IMG/VR virus record: IMGVR_UViG_3300009417_000001
Span: 1-58,215 of that record
DNA: 58,215 bases
Source: a virus
Reading direction: 5' to 3' (one strand)
Each line of letters starts with the position of its first letter. The stretch's first letter is position 1. The notes under the pieces are model-generated. The model had not been told where the DNA came from. It did not search any database and saw only the letters and a list, made by a program, of their open reading frames with translations. The translations under genes were made by a program, and so were the position numbers. Of this stretch, positions 53,801-58,215 are shown piece by piece.

Positions 53801-56269
53801 ATGCCTTCTAACTTCGTTGCATCTGATTTACTCAACCGCGCTGCTGAGGACCGGGCGAACGCAGGCCGTATTGGCCCTGCCGCCGCAACTGGGTTCCTCG
53901 CTGGCCTGGACGCCAGTTACAAGATGGCCAAGTTTGACTTTGACGTTCAAACCCAGGCTAAGAAGTTCGCCTTGGCTGAACAAGAGTTACAATACACGAA
54001 GACGGAACAGGATCGCCAGTTTGCCTTAAAGTCGGCTTCTACGGAACTGGACGACCGAATCAAAAATGAAACGTTTGAATTGACCAAGGTGAACCTGGGT
54101 CTTCAGCAGGACGCCCGTAAGCTCGAACTCAGTCGTCAGGGAGCCCTCATGCGGGACACCCTGCAAAAGATCAACTTCGAGAAACAAGACGTCCAACTCC
54201 AATCCGAGTACGATTCACTAGCATCCCAACTCCCCCCAGACAAGGTGATGCCTTTCACGCAGACGTACGTGCAAGACTTGTTCAAGGAAGCCAAGGCGAC
54301 CGAGAACCCCGATGAGCGAAATGTACTCATGCAACGAGCCAGTCGGTTCCAGCAAAAGTGGGAAGGGGAAGTCAAACAGCAGTTGGACGAACTCCGTACG
54401 GCTCGACAAGAGGCCATTTTACAGGGCGACCACACCGCCGCTGAGAACTTTAGAAAACAAATTCAAGCCATCGGCGGTGACCTAGCAGTTTACCAAGTCA
54501 ACAAAGGCACGTACGCACTTCAAGAGCAGGTGGCTAAGATGCAGTTGGCTGTGGCGAAGCTGGAAGAATTCAAGGATAACAAACAAGGTAAAGATGACGA
54601 CGCAGACATCCGAGTCGGCCTGGCCGGACTTGCGGCTGACGAAGACCCCTACGAATTTTTAGACGGTTTGACTGAGAAAGCGACCAACAACCCTAACCTA
54701 ACCCAGGGTGAAAGACGTAGGGCTGTACAAGCCATCACGTCGAATCGGGAGCGGCTAAAGGCGGCCGAGCTAGGGGATGTGGTGGAGGCCACAGCCTTCG
54801 AAGAGGCCAAAAACATTTATACGCAGAACCAAAATAATCAGAATGCCTTGGTAGCCGGTACCGAACTTCTTCAACAAATCTCTACATCTACAAGTAGTTT
54901 TTTGCAATCTCACCAGAACGCCGCCCCACACTTGGTCGGACCTCTCGTCCAAATGGATCAAGTGGCTCTGGTAACCGACTACATCGCCAACGCCACCGAG
55001 GCTGCCGGAGGCACTTTAGACCCGGTCACTTTCAAAGCCTTGGGCGAGGTTCGATCTAAGATCCTATCCGAAGGTTTCTCGGCGGCCAAGGCTGCCGTGC
55101 AAACTGGGACCCAAGAGTTTGATGAGGCCTTCTCACTGTTTAAAAACTCCCCTGCCTTGGCCGCCTTAACTCCCGAGGAGCAGAAGGTTCAGATCACCAA
55201 CAAATACCAAGAGTTGTACGGAGTGCATTTGAAAACCCCTGTCGAAGTCCTAGGAGTGTACACAGGTAAGGTTAATGGAGATTCTCAAAGAACTCTGGAC
55301 CGGGCGAAAGGGACCCCTGAGAACTTCGACGCCTTTGAGTTTGCTTCTGGGGCTTCTGAAGCTACCCCCGCTGCCGATGCGTTGGGGGACGAAGCTAATT
55401 TCCAAAATCCTGAGTTTACCTTAGAGAATGCCCTCGCCTTTGACGCTGACCCAGATGAGGTGGCATCAATTCAACAGTCCGTTCTGGAAGATTCTCAAGC
55501 GGAGGTATCGAGAATTGCGTCTAAGAATGTAGACATCGACCTGTACCAAAGTTCAGTCAAAGGAACCCGGTTAACGGAGTCTTCACTTAAAACGGGCAAC
55601 TACGATGCAGGAAGGATTAAAAAATATAGTTCTATATTACGCGGTTTGGAGAAAACTGAGCAAGTCAAAGGATCTGAGGAACTCCAGAAAGACCTCACTG
55701 GACTACTAAGTGTGATGCAGACGTTGCAGGATGCCCGTAAAAAGGATAATGGTTCGGACCCGGCCAACGACGTTCGCGCCCTAACCCTTAATGTGAATGC
55801 TCGTTTAGATAAGTTGGGTGGTAAACTAGGTACCGAATTCAAAAAATTCAGTACCGGGGTGAAAACACCCCCGCCCGACGTAAGGTCGGTTCCAGACGTC
55901 CTTTCTAGGCTCTCCCCCAAAGAATTAGACATTGACTTGTACCAAAGTTCGGTCAAAGGAACTCGGTTAACGGAGTCGTCTCTTAAATCAGGTAATTATG
56001 ACGCTGGGCGAATTAAAAAATATAGTTCTATATTACGCGGTTTGGAGAAGACTGACCAAGTCAAGAAATCTGAAGCTCTTCAGAAAGACCTCACCGGATT
56101 ACTGAGTGTGATGGACACGTTGCACAAGGCCCGTAAGGATGACAACACCTCGTCAGGCAAACCTGGCAGTAGTGTCCGATCACTAGTACTCAACGTGAAC
56201 GATCGATTAGATAAATTGGGCGGTAAATTAGGCACGGAGTTGCAAAAAATTAGTTTACCTGGTGGGTAA
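53801..56269 (+). CDS. internal virion / ejection protein (coiled-coil rich)
   Basis: The ATG at 53801 lies 1 nt after the upstream stop. 822 aa. It has a C-terminal tandem duplication. Confidence 0.5.
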   Translation: MPSNFVASDLLNRAAEDRANAGRIGPAAATGFLAGLDASYKMAKFDFDVQTQAKKFALAEQELQYTKTEQDRQFALKSASTELDDRIKNETFELTKVNLGLQQDARKLELSRQGALMRDTLQKINFEKQDVQLQSEYDSLASQLPPDKVMPFTQTYVQDLFKEAKATENPDERNVLMQRASRFQQKWEGEVKQQLDELRTARQEAILQGDHTAAENFRKQIQAIGGDLAVYQVNKGTYALQEQVAKMQLAVAKLEEFKDNKQGKDDDADIRVGLAGLAADEDPYEFLDGLTEKATNNPNLTQGERRRAVQAITSNRERLKAAELGDVVEATAFEEAKNIYTQNQNNQNALVAGTELLQQISTSTSSFLQSHQNAAPHLVGPLVQMDQVALVTDYIANATEAAGGTLDPVTFKALGEVRSKILSEGFSAAKAAVQTGTQEFDEAFSLFKNSPALAALTPEEQKVQITNKYQELYGVHLKTPVEVLGVYTGKVNGDSQRTLDRAKGTPENFDAFEFASGASEATPAADALGDEANFQNPEFTLENALAFDADPDEVASIQQSVLEDSQAEVSRIASKNVDIDLYQSSVKGTRLTESSLKTGNYDAGRIKKYSSILRGLEKTEQVKGSEELQKDLTGLLSVMQTLQDARKKDNGSDPANDVRALTLNVNARLDKLGGKLGTEFKKFSTGVKTPPPDVRSVPDVLSRLSPKELDIDLYQSSVKGTRLTESSLKSGNYDAGRIKKYSSILRGLEKTDQVKKSEALQKDLTGLLSVMDTLHKARKDDNTSSGKPGSSVRSLVLNVNDRLDKLGGKLGTELQKISLPGG
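55532..56254 (+). repeat. tandem duplication of a roughly 110-aa module (period 396 to 402 nt) inside 53801..56269
   Basis: DIDLYQSSVKGTRLTESSLK...RLDKLGGKLGTE occurs twice. An exact 37-nt match links 55616..55652 and 56012..56048. Confidence 0.9.
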
Positions 56270-56287
56270 AGCTGCCTAGGTTCCGGG

Positions 56288-58215
56288 ATGCCTGTTAACG
56301 GACTTTACCCACTACCTGAAATCCTAGCCAGCACCGAGTACCAGTCAATGGAGCCTGATAACCAGGTTGCATTACTGCGTGACCAACGTCGTATAGCCAC
56401 AGAGATGGCTCCAGACCAAACGGATCAATTGGTCTCCCTGTACGATTCAGCGATCTTGGACGTAGCCCTAAAGCCACCAACGATCCCAACCTCGACAAAC
56501 ATGTCGAATGCATTCCAGAAGTCTTTTGACGCCCTCTGGTCTAATGCATATTACGGCCTGATCGACACAGACGTAGAAGCAGCTAAGATGCACCGCACGC
56601 TGTTAGAGCGTCGTCAACCCACGCGGGAGGGGTTTTCAGAAGATGTGGGTGAAGTGGCGGGTATGGTGCTTCCCTCGATCGCAGCCCTATTCATTCCAGG
56701 CGGCCAAGGAACCTCGGCGGCCGGGATTCTTAATCTAGCTCGTTACGCCACGGCAGCACTACCCCTCGCCACCAGTTCCGGGGGTGGAGCCTTAATTGAT
56801 GCTCGCGAGTACCAAGATTTAATCGGAGGTCCCGAACTCTCCAAAACTCGACAGACAGCCATCTTCGCAGGTAACTTCCTGACTGAGGCAGCCACAGAGG
56901 CCCTCGGGTTCAAAGTTATCGACGGTATCTTGGGCAAGGCGGGTCAGAAACTAGGCGGCAAGGCCTTTGCTAAAATGGGTACCGAGGCTGCCGAGGCGAT
57001 GGGCGACGCTCTCCTCCGAGGCGATACAGCAGGTATGGGGCAGGCATCCAAGAAATTCTTTGCTACGGCCCTCCCGGCCGCATTCGGTGTAGCCGCGTCT
57101 GAGGGTACCGAGGAAGTGGTCGCCCAGATAGCTCAGAACGCTTTGAAGAACTCCCTGTACTTGCAGGACCAAGATGAAGTGAGTCTGGGTGACGGCCTAG
57201 GAGATGCGTTTTATAAGGGGGCTTTGGGTGGCCTGATGATCACCCCTTTCGGCCTGGCGGTTGGTAATTCAAGCGCAGGTAAATATCGAGAAAAATTGGA
57301 GGCCAACCTCCGCGAACGCCATTCACTAATTCAACAGGTATCAGAAACTGTAGCTCCTTCGACCTTTGCCCCCGAGGCACTGAGTCACCCAAGTTACCAG
57401 ACGTTAGCAGGCATCTTGGCATTCCATGAAGTCAATGTCATCCCAGTCCGAGGCCTCAGTGGGGCTCGAGGTGTAGTTCCCGGTGAAAGCTCGAATGACG
57501 TTTTGGTAGACGTTGATCGGTTGATCAAACCTGCGGAAGGATTCTCCGCGATGCTCCAATATACCTTGGGTCACGAGATGAACCACATCGTGGAAAACAA
57601 GGTGCCGGGTTACCGAGAGGCTTTGGAAGGGTTGGTCAAGTCAGACCCCGAATATTCAAAACGTTTGAATGACTTACGGGCGAACAGCAACCTTGACAAC
57701 GCCACCGAAGAGCAGGCCGTGTCGGAGCTCATCGCCGACTATGCAGCCCCCAAATTCTTTACCCCGGAGTTTCAGCAAGCTTTGTTCGATTCTCTGCCCG
57801 AAGGAGAGGCTAAAAAGTCCTACGTTCAAGCAGTGTCTTCGAACTCAGATTCGATCACCCGTGCGACGGCCGCCCTTGAAACCTTTTTGGAACAACCTAC
57901 AGGCACTCCTGCCCTAGTCACTCGGGCGCGGGAAGCAGTCGAGGGGATGCCTGACGTGAAGGCCATCGACACCTTGCTAACCCAGGGGTTGGCGGCATCT
58001 ATCTTGGACGGCGAGATCATCAATCAAACAGTCCCCGGAACTGCGGCCACAGGCGACCAGGCGACCGAGGAACAAGCTGAACAGGCGACCGAGGAAAAAC
58101 CCGAGCAGACGACTGAGGAGAAGGTGGCCGAGCGCGTAGATGCAGGTGACCTAGAAGGCGCAGTAGAAATTTTAGATCAGGAGGCCGGAGGTGCGGCCGA
58201 GGCCCTAGGGCTGAC
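56288..58215 (+). CDS. giant virion-module polyvalent protein, N-terminal part (continues at 2..7885 across the junction)
   Basis: ATG at 56288 lies 18 nt after the stop of the upstream gene. I translated the frame by hand and found no stop before the window end, which is why it is absent from the ORF track. It is in phase with ORF 32..7885 through the 123-nt overlap. It has Gly/Ala-rich hydrophobic segments followed by LGHEMNHIVE (HExxH at 57572..57586). Confidence 0.85.
   Translation, partial: MPVNGLYPLPEILASTEYQSMEPDNQVALLRDQRRIATEMAPDQTDQLVSLYDSAILDVALKPPTIPTSTNMSNAFQKSFDALWSNAYYGLIDTDVEAAKMHRTLLERRQPTREGFSEDVGEVAGMVLPSIAALFIPGGQGTSAAGILNLARYATAALPLATSSGGGALIDAREYQDLIGGPELSKTRQTAIFAGNFLTEAATEALGFKVIDGILGKAGQKLGGKAFAKMGTEAAEAMGDALLRGDTAGMGQASKKFFATALPAAFGVAASEGTEEVVAQIAQNALKNSLYLQDQDEVSLGDGLGDAFYKGALGGLMITPFGLAVGNSSAGKYREKLEANLRERHSLIQQVSETVAPSTFAPEALSHPSYQTLAGILAFHEVNVIPVRGLSGARGVVPGESSNDVLVDVDRLIKPAEGFSAMLQYTLGHEMNHIVENKVPGYREALEGLVKSDPEYSKRLNDLRANSNLDNATEEQAVSELIADYAAPKFFTPEFQQALFDSLPEGEAKKSYVQAVSSNSDSITRATAALETFLEQPTGTPALVTRAREAVEGMPDVKAIDTLLTQGLAASILDGEIINQTVPGTAATGDQATEEQAEQATEEKPEQTTEEKVAERVDAGDLEGAVEILDQEAGGAAEALGL
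58093..58215. repeat. terminal overlap, second copy of 1..123
   Basis: Identical to 1..123. Confidence 0.95.

Overview
The window is a complete, circularly closed dsDNA tailed-phage genome. The first 123 nt are identical to the last 123 nt, so the unique length is 58,092 bp. It has been linearised inside its own largest gene.

Organisation:
- Two divergent transcription modules leave a 665-bp non-coding hub at 28540..29204. They converge at about 7.9-8.1 kb.
- The leftward module (8126..28539, minus strand) carries replication, recombination and nucleotide-metabolism genes: a ParB-like protein, ThyX, a DHH/DHHA1 phosphoesterase, a prim-pol/SF3 primase-helicase, a dNMP kinase, an SF2 helicase, a GroES-like protein, a RuvC-like resolvase, a Cas4-like nuclease and a family-A DNA polymerase. 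Many small hypothetical genes sit among them.
- The rightward module (29205 onward, running through the junction to 7885) has small accessory genes and then the virion genes: large terminase, portal, scaffold, putative capsid, a run of Cys-rich tail and fibre proteins, a beta-helix tailspike and internal-virion proteins.
- I recognised no RNA polymerase, integrase, tRNA, CRISPR array or canonical endolysin.

Most notable observations:
1. An open frame missing from the ORF track (56288..window end) joins ORF 32..7885 across the junction. Together they form one 9,690-nt gene of 3,229 codons, about one sixth of the genome. It sits at the injected-core-protein position and carries an HExxH motif and a full SF2 DExH helicase module.
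2. The palindrome AAACGTTT occurs at least 27 times, and the 12-mer TCAAACGTTTGA occurs 8 times. It appears in several reading frames, on both coding strands and at gene boundaries.
3. The hub is a 332-bp inverted repeat of iterons centred on an (AG)17 tract, with DnaA-box-like sites and a G-run tandem repeat beside it, directly abutting the ParB-like gene.
4. Seven consecutive tail-module proteins begin with Cys-rich or Cys/His-rich N-termini.

All functional calls rest on motif recognition by eye and on gene order. No homology search was run.
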